Shown in pieces: positions 27,059-36,072 of a stretch of DNA of 64,000 nt (the first letter of the stretch is position 1; each line of letters opens with the position of its first letter). The notes under the pieces were generated by a model. The model saw only the letters and a program-made list of their open reading frames with translations, was not told the DNA's origin and did no database searches. The DNA comes from an uncultured Gammaproteobacteria bacterium (GTDB taxonomy: Bacteria > Pseudomonadota > Gammaproteobacteria > Arenicellales > CAJQKF01). A program made the translations under genes and the position numbers. Where the stretch lies: positions 1,097 through 65,096 of the forward strand of contig CAYGJZ010000008.1 in assembly GCA_964350265.1 (NCBI GenBank), read 5' to 3'.

Positions 27059-27655
27059 ATGATGCTTGCAGCAAGACGTTTTTTCCTGGCCTTCATGGTC
27101 TTTTTCACCACGGTTTCGGCCGCCCCCGGCGCCGAGTCCACCACGAGGAATGCGAACATGGTCAAGTTCACTACCAGCATGGGGGAACTCCTCATCGAGC
27201 TGTATCCCGACGAGGCGCCGATTTCGGTGGACAACTTCGTCAAGTACGTGGAAAGCGGTTTCTACGACGGCACCATCTTTCATCGTGTCATCCCCGGCTT
27301 CGTCGTCCAGGGTGGCGGCATGCTGCCGGGCATGCAGCAGAAGTCCACCGGCAAGGGGATCAAGAACGAGGCCGACAACGGCCTGAACAACCTCGCCGGC
27401 ACGTTGTCGATGGCGCGCACCAACGATCCCGACTCGGCCACCTCGCAGTTCTTCATCAACCTGAAGAACAACGACTTCCTCGACCACCGCAGCAAGACCC
27501 CGCAGGGCTGGGGCTACGCGGTGTTCGGCAAGGTGGTCGAGGGCATGGACGTGGTCGACAAGATGGCCGGCGTGAAGACCACCACCTTCGGTCCCTACGG
27601 AGATGTCCCGGTGGAGGACATCGTGGTGATCAAGGCCGAAGTGGTGGCCGAGTAG
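27059..27655 (+). CDS. ppiA: Periplasmic peptidyl-prolyl cis-trans isomerase (cyclophilin type)
   Basis: A signal peptide (FFLAFMVFFTTVSAAPGA) is followed by FHRVIPGFVVQGGG, GTLSMARTNDPDSATSQFFINL and YAVFGKVVEGMDVVDKM. Confidence 0.9.
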   Translation: MMLAARRFFLAFMVFFTTVSAAPGAESTTRNANMVKFTTSMGELLIELYPDEAPISVDNFVKYVESGFYDGTIFHRVIPGFVVQGGGMLPGMQQKSTGKGIKNEADNGLNNLAGTLSMARTNDPDSATSQFFINLKNNDFLDHRSKTPQGWGYAVFGKVVEGMDVVDKMAGVKTTTFGPYGDVPVEDIVVIKAEVVAE

Positions 27656-27667
27656 ACCCGACCCGCG

Positions 27668-30600
27668 GTGGCTGCGAAGGCAACGGGCGGCAATCGCCCG
27701 GCCCGCGCTGCCGGCCGGCGGCGCCGGCGCGGTGGACACGGCTCGCCGGTGATCCGCCCGGCGGGGCCGCTGCCGGCGGTGCCGCCGGCGCCGGAGTTGC
27801 CGATCACCGCGCATGCCGCGCAGATCGCCGACGCCCTGCGTGATCACCCGGTGGTGGTGGTGGCCGGGGAGACCGGTTCGGGCAAGAGCACCCAGCTGCC
27901 CCGCATCTGCCTGCCGCGCTGCCTCGCCCACGACGGTCTCGTCGCCCATACCCAGCCGCGTCGCATCGCCGCCCGCGAGGTGGCGGCGCGGGTGGCCAGC
28001 GAGATGGGCAGCCGGCTCGGCGAACTGGTCGGGTACAAGGTGCGCTTCGGTGAACGCACCTCGGCGGACACCCGGGTCAAGGTGCTGACCGACGGCATGC
28101 TGCTGGCGGAGATGGTGCATGACCGTGACCTGTCCGCCTACCACACCATCATCGTCGACGAGGCCCACGAGCGCTCGATCAACATCGACTTCCTGCTCGG
28201 CTGCCTGAAACGCCTGCTGCGACGGCGGCCGTCGCTGCGCGTGGTGGTGACCTCGGCCACCATCGACACCGCGCGCTTCGCCGAGCATTTCGGCCACTGC
28301 CCCGTGGTCGAGGTGTCCGGTCGCAGCTACCCGGTGGAGGTGCTGTACCGTCCGCGCCAGGCCGACGAGGGCGACGACGAATCCCTCGACGCCGCCATCG
28401 CCCGCGGCGTCGGAGAGCTGTGGCAGCGCGGTCCGGGCGACGTGCTGGTCTTCCTGCCCGGCGAGCGCGAGATCCGCGAAGCCAGCGCCTACCTCTCCCG
28501 TCGTCTCGGCGAGGGCGTGGAACTGCTGCCGCTGTATGCGCGGCTGTCGCCGGCCGACCAGAAACGCATCTTCCGTCCGTCCAGCGGCCGCCGGGTGGTG
28601 CTCTCCACCAACGTTGCCGAGACCTCGCTGACGGTGCCCGGGGTGCGCTATGTCATCGACAGCGGGCTGGCCCGGGTCAGCCGCTACTCGGCCACGGCGA
28701 AGATCCAGCGGCTGCCGGTGGAGAAGATCTCCCGCGCCGCCGCCGACCAGCGTAAGGGCCGTTGCGGGCGGGTGGCCAGCGGCGTGTGCATCCGCCTCTA
28801 CGACGAGGAGGACTTCGCCGCCCGTCCCGAGTACACCGACCCGGAAATCGCGCGCACCTCGCTGGCCTCGGTGGTGCTGACGATGAAGTCGCTGCGACTC
28901 GGCGAGGTGGCCGACTTTCCCTTCATCGACCCGCCGGACCGCCGCCAGGTGCGCGCCGCGCTGCGCACCCTCGACGAGCTCGGCGCCCTCGACGCGGCCG
29001 GCGGCCTGACCCGGGTGGGCCGGGAGCTGGCGGCGCTGCCGGTGGAGCCCAGGGTGGGGCGCATGCTGGTGGAAGGCGTGCACCGTGGCTGCCTGGCCGA
29101 GATGCTGGTGCTGGCGGCGCGACTGTCGGTGCCCGATCCCCGGGTGACGCCTGCCGAGGAACTGGACAAGGCCCGGCGCCACCACCTCGAGGTGCCGCAG
29201 GCGGACTCGGACATCACGGCCGCGCTGGCGCTGTTCCGCGACTACGAAGCGGTGCGCGGCTCGTCCTCGCGACGGGCGCTGGAACGCTGGTGCCGGGACC
29301 ACTACCTGGCGCCGTTCCGGATGCGCGAGTGGGCCGACCTCGCCGAGCAGCTCGAGGCCCTGGTGCGCGATGCCCGGGGTGCGAAGAACACCGAGCCGGC
29401 CTCGGCGGAGGCGGTGGCCATCGGCTTCCTGGCCGGCCACCTGTCGCAGGTCGCCATGCTCGGCGACGACGGCCGCTGGCGTGGCACCGGCAACAAGGTC
29501 ATTCACATTCACCCCTCGTCGCGCAGTTTCCGCGCCAAGCCGAAATTCCTGGTGGCGGCGGAACTGGTGGACAGCGGCAAGCTCTATGCCCGCCAGGTGC
29601 TGCCGGTGAAGCCGCGCTGGATCGAGCAGGCGGCGGGGGACCGCATCGAGCTGCGTCACGACGAGCCGTGGTGGGACGCACGCAGCGGCCAGGTCATGGC
29701 GCTGCGCAGCGGGCGCCTGTTCGGCCTCACCCTGTACCGCGGCCGGCGGGTGCCGCTGGAGCGGGTCGACCCGGTGACCAGCCGCGTGGTCTTCATCCAC
29801 CAGGCCCTGGTCAGCGGCGAGATGGGCGAGCACTTCGACTTCGCGCGCGCCAACCGGGCCCTGCTGGACGAGGCCGAGGCGGCCCGCCAGAAACTGCGCC
29901 AGCCCTTCGCCATGGTGGACGACGACGACCTGTTCGACTTCTTCGACCGGCAACTGCCCGCGCGGGTGACCGGGCGCCCGGCGCTGGCCCGCTGGCTGAA
30001 GCAGGAGCCCGCTGCCGCCCGTGCCCTGTGCCTGCCCCGCGAACGGGTGCTGCCGGCGGAAGCCGCCGACCACCGGCGCAGCTTCCCGGAAACGGTCACC
30101 GTCGGCGCCACCGCGCTGCCGGTGCGCTATCGCCATGCACCGGGGGAGGCGGTCGATGGTGTCAGCGTGTCGGTGCCCCTGCCGATGCTCAACCAGTTCG
30201 ACGCGGATGCCTGCGCGCGGCAGATTCCCGGCCACCTCGCCGAGTACGTCGAGGCCCTGCTGCGCACCCTGCCGAAGTCGTCGCGCCGTCGGCTGCAGCC
30301 ACTGGCGGCCCGCGCCCGTGTCCTTGCCGCGATGGTGGAGAAGGCCAGCGGTGCGCTGCCCGAGGCGCTGGCGGCAACCCTGCGCGCCGATCCGGGCATC
30401 GAGGTCTCGGCGCGGGACTTCGATCCTGCCCGGGTGCCCGAGCACCTGCGTCTGCACCTGGTGGTGGTGGACCAGCAGCGCGAGGTGATCGACACCGGCC
30501 GCGACGCCGAGGCGCTGCGGCAACGACACGGCGGTGCCGCCCGCGCCGCCTTTTCCGATGCCGCCGCCGACGGCTATCCGCGCACCGGCCTGCTGCGCTG

Positions 30601-31423
30601 GGATTTCGGTGACCTGCCCGAAGCGGTTTCGGTGCGTGGCTACGGCACCCGGGTGAAGGCCTTTCCGGCGCTGGTCGACCGGGAAACCCACGTCGACCTG
30701 GTCCTCGAGGACGAGGCCACCTGCGCGGCCAGGCGCCACCGTCGCGGCGTGTCGCGGCTGGCCGCCCTGGCCTGGCGACGCCGGTTCCGCGACCTGTTGG
30801 CCCACCCGGACCTGAAGCAGGCGGTGCTGCGCTATGCCGGCCTGTACCCGGGCGCCAGCCTGGCCGATGCCTACCGCGACGCGGTGGTGGAAGCGGCCGC
30901 CGGCTTCCAGGCCGACCCGCCGCGTCGCCAGGCAGACTTCCTGGCCCGGCTGGCCGAGGCCGAGCAGCGCCTCGGCGGCGAGGCCGCGCGGGTCGCCGGG
31001 GTGGTCGAGCAGGCGGTGTCGGCGGCCTTCACCGCCCGCCGGGCACTGCCCGGCATTGCCGACGCCGCCCTGCGCGAACAGCTCGATGGCCGCATCGATG
31101 CCCTGGTCGGGCCGGGGTTTCCCAGTCGTCACCCGGCCGACTGGCTCGACCACCTGCCGCGCTTCGCCAAGGCCCTGGCCATCCGCGTGGAGCGGCTGGC
31201 CGGCCAGGGCGACCGCGAGGCCGAGCAACGGGCCAAGCTGGCGCCCTTCGAGCAGCGCCTGGCCGGCTGGCCCGGCGACGACGAGACGACCTGGCGCTAC
31301 CGCTACCTGCTCGAGGAATACCATGTCTCGCTGTTCGCCCAGGTGCTGAAGACGGCGAGACCGGTGTCGCCGAAGCGACTGGAGCAGGCCTGGCGGGACG
31401 TGCTCGCGGCGGCCCGGGAATAG
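27668..31423 (+). CDS. hrpA: ATP-dependent RNA helicase HrpA (DEAH box)
   Basis: The 1251-aa product has GETGSGKSTQLP, DEAHERS, SATID, TNVAETSLTVPG and QRKGRCGR motifs and the long HrpA C-terminal region. It starts with GTG. Confidence 0.93.
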   Translation: MAAKATGGNRPARAAGRRRRRGGHGSPVIRPAGPLPAVPPAPELPITAHAAQIADALRDHPVVVVAGETGSGKSTQLPRICLPRCLAHDGLVAHTQPRRIAAREVAARVASEMGSRLGELVGYKVRFGERTSADTRVKVLTDGMLLAEMVHDRDLSAYHTIIVDEAHERSINIDFLLGCLKRLLRRRPSLRVVVTSATIDTARFAEHFGHCPVVEVSGRSYPVEVLYRPRQADEGDDESLDAAIARGVGELWQRGPGDVLVFLPGEREIREASAYLSRRLGEGVELLPLYARLSPADQKRIFRPSSGRRVVLSTNVAETSLTVPGVRYVIDSGLARVSRYSATAKIQRLPVEKISRAAADQRKGRCGRVASGVCIRLYDEEDFAARPEYTDPEIARTSLASVVLTMKSLRLGEVADFPFIDPPDRRQVRAALRTLDELGALDAAGGLTRVGRELAALPVEPRVGRMLVEGVHRGCLAEMLVLAARLSVPDPRVTPAEELDKARRHHLEVPQADSDITAALALFRDYEAVRGSSSRRALERWCRDHYLAPFRMREWADLAEQLEALVRDARGAKNTEPASAEAVAIGFLAGHLSQVAMLGDDGRWRGTGNKVIHIHPSSRSFRAKPKFLVAAELVDSGKLYARQVLPVKPRWIEQAAGDRIELRHDEPWWDARSGQVMALRSGRLFGLTLYRGRRVPLERVDPVTSRVVFIHQALVSGEMGEHFDFARANRALLDEAEAARQKLRQPFAMVDDDDLFDFFDRQLPARVTGRPALARWLKQEPAAARALCLPRERVLPAEAADHRRSFPETVTVGATALPVRYRHAPGEAVDGVSVSVPLPMLNQFDADACARQIPGHLAEYVEALLRTLPKSSRRRLQPLAARARVLAAMVEKASGALPEALAATLRADPGIEVSARDFDPARVPEHLRLHLVVVDQQREVIDTGRDAEALRQRHGGAARAAFSDAAADGYPRTGLLRWDFGDLPEAVSVRGYGTRVKAFPALVDRETHVDLVLEDEATCAARRHRRGVSRLAALAWRRRFRDLLAHPDLKQAVLRYAGLYPGASLADAYRDAVVEAAAGFQADPPRRQADFLARLAEAEQRLGGEAARVAGVVEQAVSAAFTARRALPGIADAALREQLDGRIDALVGPGFPSRHPADWLDHLPRFAKALAIRVERLAGQGDREAEQRAKLAPFEQRLAGWPGDDETTWRYRYLLEEYHVSLFAQVLKTARPVSPKRLEQAWRDVLAAARE

Positions 31424-31427
31424 GGCC

Positions 31428-32246
31428 ATGTGGATCGTGCTCTCCAAGGTGCTGCCGGTGCTGGTCTACCCGCTGACCCTGTTCCTGCTGCTGGCGGCGC
31501 TGGCCGCGCTGCTGCGCCTGGCTGGCCGGCCGCGCGGCGCCGGCTGGTGTCTCGGCCTGGCGCTGGTGGTGCTGCTGGTGGGCTCGAATCCCTACCTGGC
31601 GAGCCGTTTCCGCGCCGGCCTGGAGGGCGGGTACACGCCCTTCGCGGCGGCCGATGCGCCGCGCGCCGACGCCGTGGTGCTGCTCGGCGGGGCGCTGCAC
31701 CTGCCGGTGCCGCCACGACCCACCGCGGAACTGTCCGACGCCGCCGACCGCGTGCTCTACGCGGCCCGGCTGTACCGCGCCGGGCGCGCCGGGCGTGTCA
31801 TCGTCTCCGGTGGCAACGTCTTCGAGCAGGGCGGGGGGCTGCGCGGCGAGTCCTGGTACCTGGCCGAGCTGCTGCGCGAGTGGGGCGTGCCCCCGGCCGC
31901 CATCGTGATCGAGGAGACGAGCCGGAATACCCGGGAAAACGCCCTGGAAACCCGGAAAATCCTTGAACGTGAACGCCTGGGAACTATACTGCTGGTGACC
32001 TCGGCAATGCACATGCCGCGGGCCCTGGCGACCTTCCGCGGGGCCGGCGTCGATGCCGTCGCGCTGCCGGTGGACTATACCGTCGGCGCGCTGCGCCGGC
32101 CGCTGATCCTCGACCTGCTGCCGTCCGCTGGCGCCCTGCAGGCCAATGAACAAACCCTCCGGGAATACCTCGGCATCCTGGTCTACGGCCTGCGTGGCTG
32201 GCTGGCCAGGACGTCGCGGGCGGCCCCGGAACTGACCAACCACTGA
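31428..32246 (+). CDS. DUF218 / ElyC-YdcF-family envelope protein
   Basis: It has N-terminal TM helices followed by DAVVLLGG, VIVSGGN and LLVTSAMHMPRA motifs. Confidence 0.75.
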   Translation: MWIVLSKVLPVLVYPLTLFLLLAALAALLRLAGRPRGAGWCLGLALVVLLVGSNPYLASRFRAGLEGGYTPFAAADAPRADAVVLLGGALHLPVPPRPTAELSDAADRVLYAARLYRAGRAGRVIVSGGNVFEQGGGLRGESWYLAELLREWGVPPAAIVIEETSRNTRENALETRKILERERLGTILLVTSAMHMPRALATFRGAGVDAVALPVDYTVGALRRPLILDLLPSAGALQANEQTLREYLGILVYGLRGWLARTSRAAPELTNH

Positions 32247-32250
32247 TGTC

Positions 32251-33768
32251 ATGACCGACTACCTGCTGCATCCCGATCTCGTTGTTGACCTGCTGCGCGA
32301 AGAGGACGACGCGCGCCGCACCACCCTGGCCGACGCCGCCCGCGACGCCGACCACGGCCTGTGGCTGTCGGTGGCGGCGATGCCACAGATGCTGGCCTCG
32401 CTGGCCGCCGCCGGCCTGTCCGCCGCGGCCGCCCGCGCCCGGCTGCGCAACTTCGCCCGCACCTGCACCTGGCTCGGCGCCCCGGCCGGCGACGGCGCGC
32501 TGCTGGAACGAGACGACCTGCTCGGCGAGCAGCTCGCCAGCGGCCTCCGTCGCCTCGGCCCCGGCGCCCGGCTGGCCAGCCTCGACGGCGCCGGCGAGCA
32601 GGGCATCGGTCTCGACGCGCTGATCGACGCCCTGCGCGCCGACGGCCCGGTGCCCTTCATCGACCTGGCCCGGCAGCAGCGCCGCATCCGTCACCGGGTC
32701 GAGGACGGCCTGCTCGGCGTGCTTGCCCACGGCCGCTACATCGGCGGGCCGGAGATCGACGAGCTGGAGAGCCGCCTGGCCCGCTTCGCCGGCGTCTCCC
32801 ATGCCATTGCCCTGTCCAACGGCACCGATGCCCTGCTGGTGGCGATGATGGCGGCCGGGGTCGGTCCCGGCGACGAGGTCATCACCTCGCCGTTCACCTT
32901 CGCCGCCACCGGCGAGATGATCCTCCTGCTGGGGGCCAGGCCGGTCTACGTGGACATCGACCCGGTGACCTACAATCTCGATCCCGCCGGGCTGCGCGCG
33001 GCGCTGTCGCCGCGCACCCGGGCCATCCTGCCGGTGAGCATCTTCGGCCAGTGTGCCGACTTCGAGGCGATCAACGCGCTGGCCAGGGAAGCCGGCGTGA
33101 CGGTGATCGAGGACGGTGCGCAGAGCTTCGGCGCCACCAGCCACGAACGGCGATCCTGTGGCCTGTCGGCCATCGGCTGCACCAGCTTCTTTCCCTCCAA
33201 GCCCCTCGGCGGTTACGGCGACAGCGGCGCCTGCTTCAGCGACGACGACGCGCTGGCGGCACGCATGCGCCAGGTGCGCGACCATGGCCAGGACGGCCGC
33301 TACCACCACGTGCGCCTGGGCATCAACGGCCGCATGTCCTCCTTCCAGGCCTCGGTGCTGCTGGCCAAGCTGGACATCTTCGACGAGGAGATCGCCCTGC
33401 GCGTGGCGGTGGCGCAGCGCTACGACAGGCTGATCGCCGAGCACGGCCGCGGCCTGCCCGCCGAGGCCCTGGTGGCGCCGCGCATCGCCCCGGGGCAGGT
33501 CTCCGTGTATGCCCAGTACTCGGTGCTGGTCGGGCACCGCGACCGCGTCCAGCAACAGTTGTCGGCGCGCGGCGTGCCCAGCGCCGTGCACTACCCGGTG
33601 CCGCTGTACCGCCAGCCGGCCATGGCCGAGCCATCGGTCTCGCTGCCGGTATGCGAGGACGTCAGCGCACGGGTCCTGAGCCTGCCCATGCACCCCTACC
33701 TGCGTCCCGAGCAGCAGGAGCGGGTGGTGCAGGCGCTGGTGGAGGCGGTGGCCGCCGCCGCGGCCTGA
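32251..33768 (+). CDS. DegT/WbpE-type nucleotide-sugar aminotransferase with a ~133-aa N-terminal extension
   Basis: Residues ~134-505 (PFIDLARQQRRIRHRVEDGLLGVLAHGRYIGGPEIDELE...SNGTDAL...SFFPSKPLGGYGDSGA...RDHGQDGRYHH) track P. aeruginosa WbpE closely (from memory). An in-frame GTG at 32650 would give a canonical 372-aa enzyme. The upstream 399 nt keep the same frame with coding-like third-position GC. Confidence 0.8.
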   Translation: MTDYLLHPDLVVDLLREEDDARRTTLADAARDADHGLWLSVAAMPQMLASLAAAGLSAAAARARLRNFARTCTWLGAPAGDGALLERDDLLGEQLASGLRRLGPGARLASLDGAGEQGIGLDALIDALRADGPVPFIDLARQQRRIRHRVEDGLLGVLAHGRYIGGPEIDELESRLARFAGVSHAIALSNGTDALLVAMMAAGVGPGDEVITSPFTFAATGEMILLLGARPVYVDIDPVTYNLDPAGLRAALSPRTRAILPVSIFGQCADFEAINALAREAGVTVIEDGAQSFGATSHERRSCGLSAIGCTSFFPSKPLGGYGDSGACFSDDDALAARMRQVRDHGQDGRYHHVRLGINGRMSSFQASVLLAKLDIFDEEIALRVAVAQRYDRLIAEHGRGLPAEALVAPRIAPGQVSVYAQYSVLVGHRDRVQQQLSARGVPSAVHYPVPLYRQPAMAEPSVSLPVCEDVSARVLSLPMHPYLRPEQQERVVQALVEAVAAAAA

Positions 33769-33831
33769 CCCCGGGTCCGCTCGAACACGCGCAGGGCAGG
33801 GGGAAAATTACCCGGGGCGGCGATTTTTGCA

Positions 33832-33860
33832 TTGAACTCGGCGAGCCGGATCGATATAGT
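33832..33860 (+). promoter_or_regulatory. Candidate sigma70 promoter (TTGAAC-N17-TATAGT) that would give a near-leaderless regulator mRNA
   Basis: TTGAAC lies at 33832-33837 and TATAGT at 33855-33860. The ATG at 33870 is only 9 nt after the -10 box and no Shine-Dalgarno sequence lies between them. Confidence 0.4.
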
Positions 33861-33869
33861 GTTCACAGA

Positions 33870-34487
33870 ATGAACGCCGAGGATCGTAAACAGGACCGGC
33901 TCACCCTGGAGGTGCTTTCGGCGATCGATTCCGGTCCCGGCATCAGCCAGCGTCGCCTCGCCAGCCAGATGGGCATCGCCCTCGGGCTGACCAACTCCTA
34001 TATCAAGCGCTGCGTGCGCAAGGGCTTCATCAAGATCAACGAAGCCCCGGCCAACCGATACCTGTACTACCTCACGCCCAAGGGCTTCCGCGAGAAGACC
34101 CGCCTGACCGCGCGTTTCCTGTCCAACTCCCTGGACTTCTACCGCGCCGCGGCGGATTCCTGCGACGAGGTCTATGCCCGCTGCGTCGACGACGGCGTTG
34201 CCGAGGTGCTGCTGTGCGGCGACTCCGACCTGGCCGAGATCGCCCTGTTGAAGTCGCTGGACGGTCCGGTGCAGGTGGTTGGCCTGTACGACCCCGGCAG
34301 CCCCCGCGCGCGCTTCTACTCGCGGCCGGTGTGGCAGGAACTGGCGCAGGCACCCAGGGTGGCCCGGGTGGTCACCGCGCTGGTCGATGCCGAGGCGACC
34401 TGGAACGAACTGTCCGCGGAAGGCGCCGCGCTGCCGGTCTTCGTGCCCGCGGTACTCGGTCTTCGCCAGGGCAGCAACGAGCCGTGA
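33870..34487 (+). CDS. Winged-helix (MarR-like, EPS-locus-associated) transcriptional regulator with a C-terminal Rossmann-like domain
   Basis: LTLEVLSAIDSGPGISQRRLASQMGIALGLTNSYIKRCVRKGFIKINEAPANRYLYYLTPKGFREK is the wHTH. The ATG at 33870 lies inside track ORF 32361..34487. Confidence 0.75.
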   Translation: MNAEDRKQDRLTLEVLSAIDSGPGISQRRLASQMGIALGLTNSYIKRCVRKGFIKINEAPANRYLYYLTPKGFREKTRLTARFLSNSLDFYRAAADSCDEVYARCVDDGVAEVLLCGDSDLAEIALLKSLDGPVQVVGLYDPGSPRARFYSRPVWQELAQAPRVARVVTALVDAEATWNELSAEGAALPVFVPAVLGLRQGSNEP

Positions 34488-34550
34488 CCGTCGGCCGGGT
34501 GCGCCCGGCGCCGGACGTTTCGCCATGCGGACCGCGCGCGGTCGCCGCAG

Positions 34551-34562
34551 GGCGGTAGCGTG
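34551..34562 (+). promoter_or_regulatory. ops (operon polarity suppressor) element, GGCGGTAGCGTG
   Basis: An exact 12-nt match to the enterobacterial ops/JUMPStart core lies on the coding strand. It is 84 nt upstream of the priming glycosyltransferase ATG and is preceded by a G (GGGCGGTAGCGT). Confidence 0.6.
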
Positions 34563-34645
34563 CCCGAAGCGGGTTTCGCGGCCATCGACAATGCCGGTTC
34601 GCGCGGACGGGTCGGGGAATGCACGCATCATGAACGACGCTGAAC

Positions 34646-36028
34646 ATGCCGAAGTGGATTAACACCGCCTCCTGGCCGGGACTGGTACTGGTGGCGATGG
34701 ACGTGGCGCTGCTCTACCTGGTCATCGGCCTGGTGCACTACGTGCGCCTGGGTTTCTGGCCGGAGCGCTTCGAGTGGCAGCTCGGCGCCATCATCGCGGT
34801 AACGGTGTCGAGCCTGTACATCATGAACGTCTACCACCTCGACCGCCTGGGCAAGCCGGTGCGCACCGCGCTGCGTGCCTTCACCGCGGTGGCGGTGAGC
34901 GGCGGGTTGATCGCGGCGGTGGTCTACGTGACCAAGTCCACCGACGTCAGCACCGTGCTGTGGCGGGGCAACCTGCCGCTGGCGCTGTTCCTGTTCGCCT
35001 GCCTGGCGGCGCTGCTGCGCTACCTCGGCCAGCTGGCGCTGCGTCGCTTCACCAGCGAGCCGTTGTGGCTGGTGCTGGGCGCCAGCGAACGCGCTGCCTC
35101 GCTGGACGAAGACCACCGTCGTGCGCTGGCCAGTGGCCGCCTGGTGCACCTGGTGACCGACGACGAACGTCTTGCCCGGCTGCGCATCGAGCCGCGCGCC
35201 GGCGAGGTGGTGGTGACCGACGGCGACGCCGTGCTGTTCGCCGGCCGCGCCGCGGGCATCGTGCTGGCCGCGGACGGCGCCTGGCCCGAGTCGCTGGTCT
35301 CCGGCCTGATGCGGGTGCGTCTTGGCGGCGTGCCGATCCTGGAGCTGGCCGACTACTACGAGCAGTTCCTGCTGCGGGTGCCGGTGATGCAGCTCAAGGA
35401 CGGCTGGTTCGCCATGTCCGACGGCTTCGCCCTGCTGCATCACGACATCCAGATGAAGATCAAGCGGCTGGTGGACATCGTGGTCTCCCTGCTCGGCCTG
35501 GTGCTGGCCTTCCCGTTCCTGGTCGCCACCGCGCTGGTGGTGCGGTTGACCAGCAAGGGCCCGGCCATCTACAGCCAGACCCGGACCGGCTGCGGCGGCC
35601 GCGAGTTCCGCCTGCACAAGTTCCGCACCATGGTCGACAACGCCGAGCGCAACGGTCCGCAGTGGACCGCCGAGGGCGACCCGCGCATCACCGCGGTGGG
35701 GCAGGTGCTGCGCAGGACGCGCATCGACGAGTTGCCGCAGTTGTGGAACGTGCTCGTCGGCCACATGAGCTTCATCGGCCCGCGACCGGAGCGGCCGGAC
35801 TTCAACCGCACCCTGGAAGCGGAAATCCCCTACTACGACCTGCGCCACCTGGTGAAGCCGGGCATCACCGGCTGGGCCCAGGTCATGTACAGCTACGGCG
35901 CATCGGTGAACGATGCCCGCAACAAGCTCGAGTACGACCTGTACTACATCAAGAACTACTCGTTGGCGCTGGACATCTACATCACCCTGCGTACCCTGCG
36001 CGTGGTGTTCTCCTGGGCCGGGCGGTAG
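34646..36028 (+). CDS. Polyprenyl-phosphate sugar-phosphate transferase (WbaP/EpsB-type priming enzyme)
   Basis: Four or five N-terminal TM helices and a central domain precede the C-terminal catalytic domain: KRLVDIVVSLLGLVLAFPF...RLHKFRTM...DELPQLWNVLVGHMSFIGPRPERP...GITGWAQV. Confidence 0.9.
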   Translation: MPKWINTASWPGLVLVAMDVALLYLVIGLVHYVRLGFWPERFEWQLGAIIAVTVSSLYIMNVYHLDRLGKPVRTALRAFTAVAVSGGLIAAVVYVTKSTDVSTVLWRGNLPLALFLFACLAALLRYLGQLALRRFTSEPLWLVLGASERAASLDEDHRRALASGRLVHLVTDDERLARLRIEPRAGEVVVTDGDAVLFAGRAAGIVLAADGAWPESLVSGLMRVRLGGVPILELADYYEQFLLRVPVMQLKDGWFAMSDGFALLHHDIQMKIKRLVDIVVSLLGLVLAFPFLVATALVVRLTSKGPAIYSQTRTGCGGREFRLHKFRTMVDNAERNGPQWTAEGDPRITAVGQVLRRTRIDELPQLWNVLVGHMSFIGPRPERPDFNRTLEAEIPYYDLRHLVKPGITGWAQVMYSYGASVNDARNKLEYDLYYIKNYSLALDIYITLRTLRVVFSWAGR

Positions 36029-36072
36029 TTGCCGTCCCCAACGATGACCGATCCGTGGAGCAGCGACCTGGC

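Noticed and set aside
36021-36028. A second GGCGGTAG 8-mer on the coding strand at the end of the priming transferase gene, and another at 3338-3345.
   Set aside because: Only the 8-mer core matches. The next bases are TTGC and CCGC, not nnTG. The 36021 copy contains the gene's own TAG stop. From rough base-composition reasoning, a few chance 8-mers are expected in this window.
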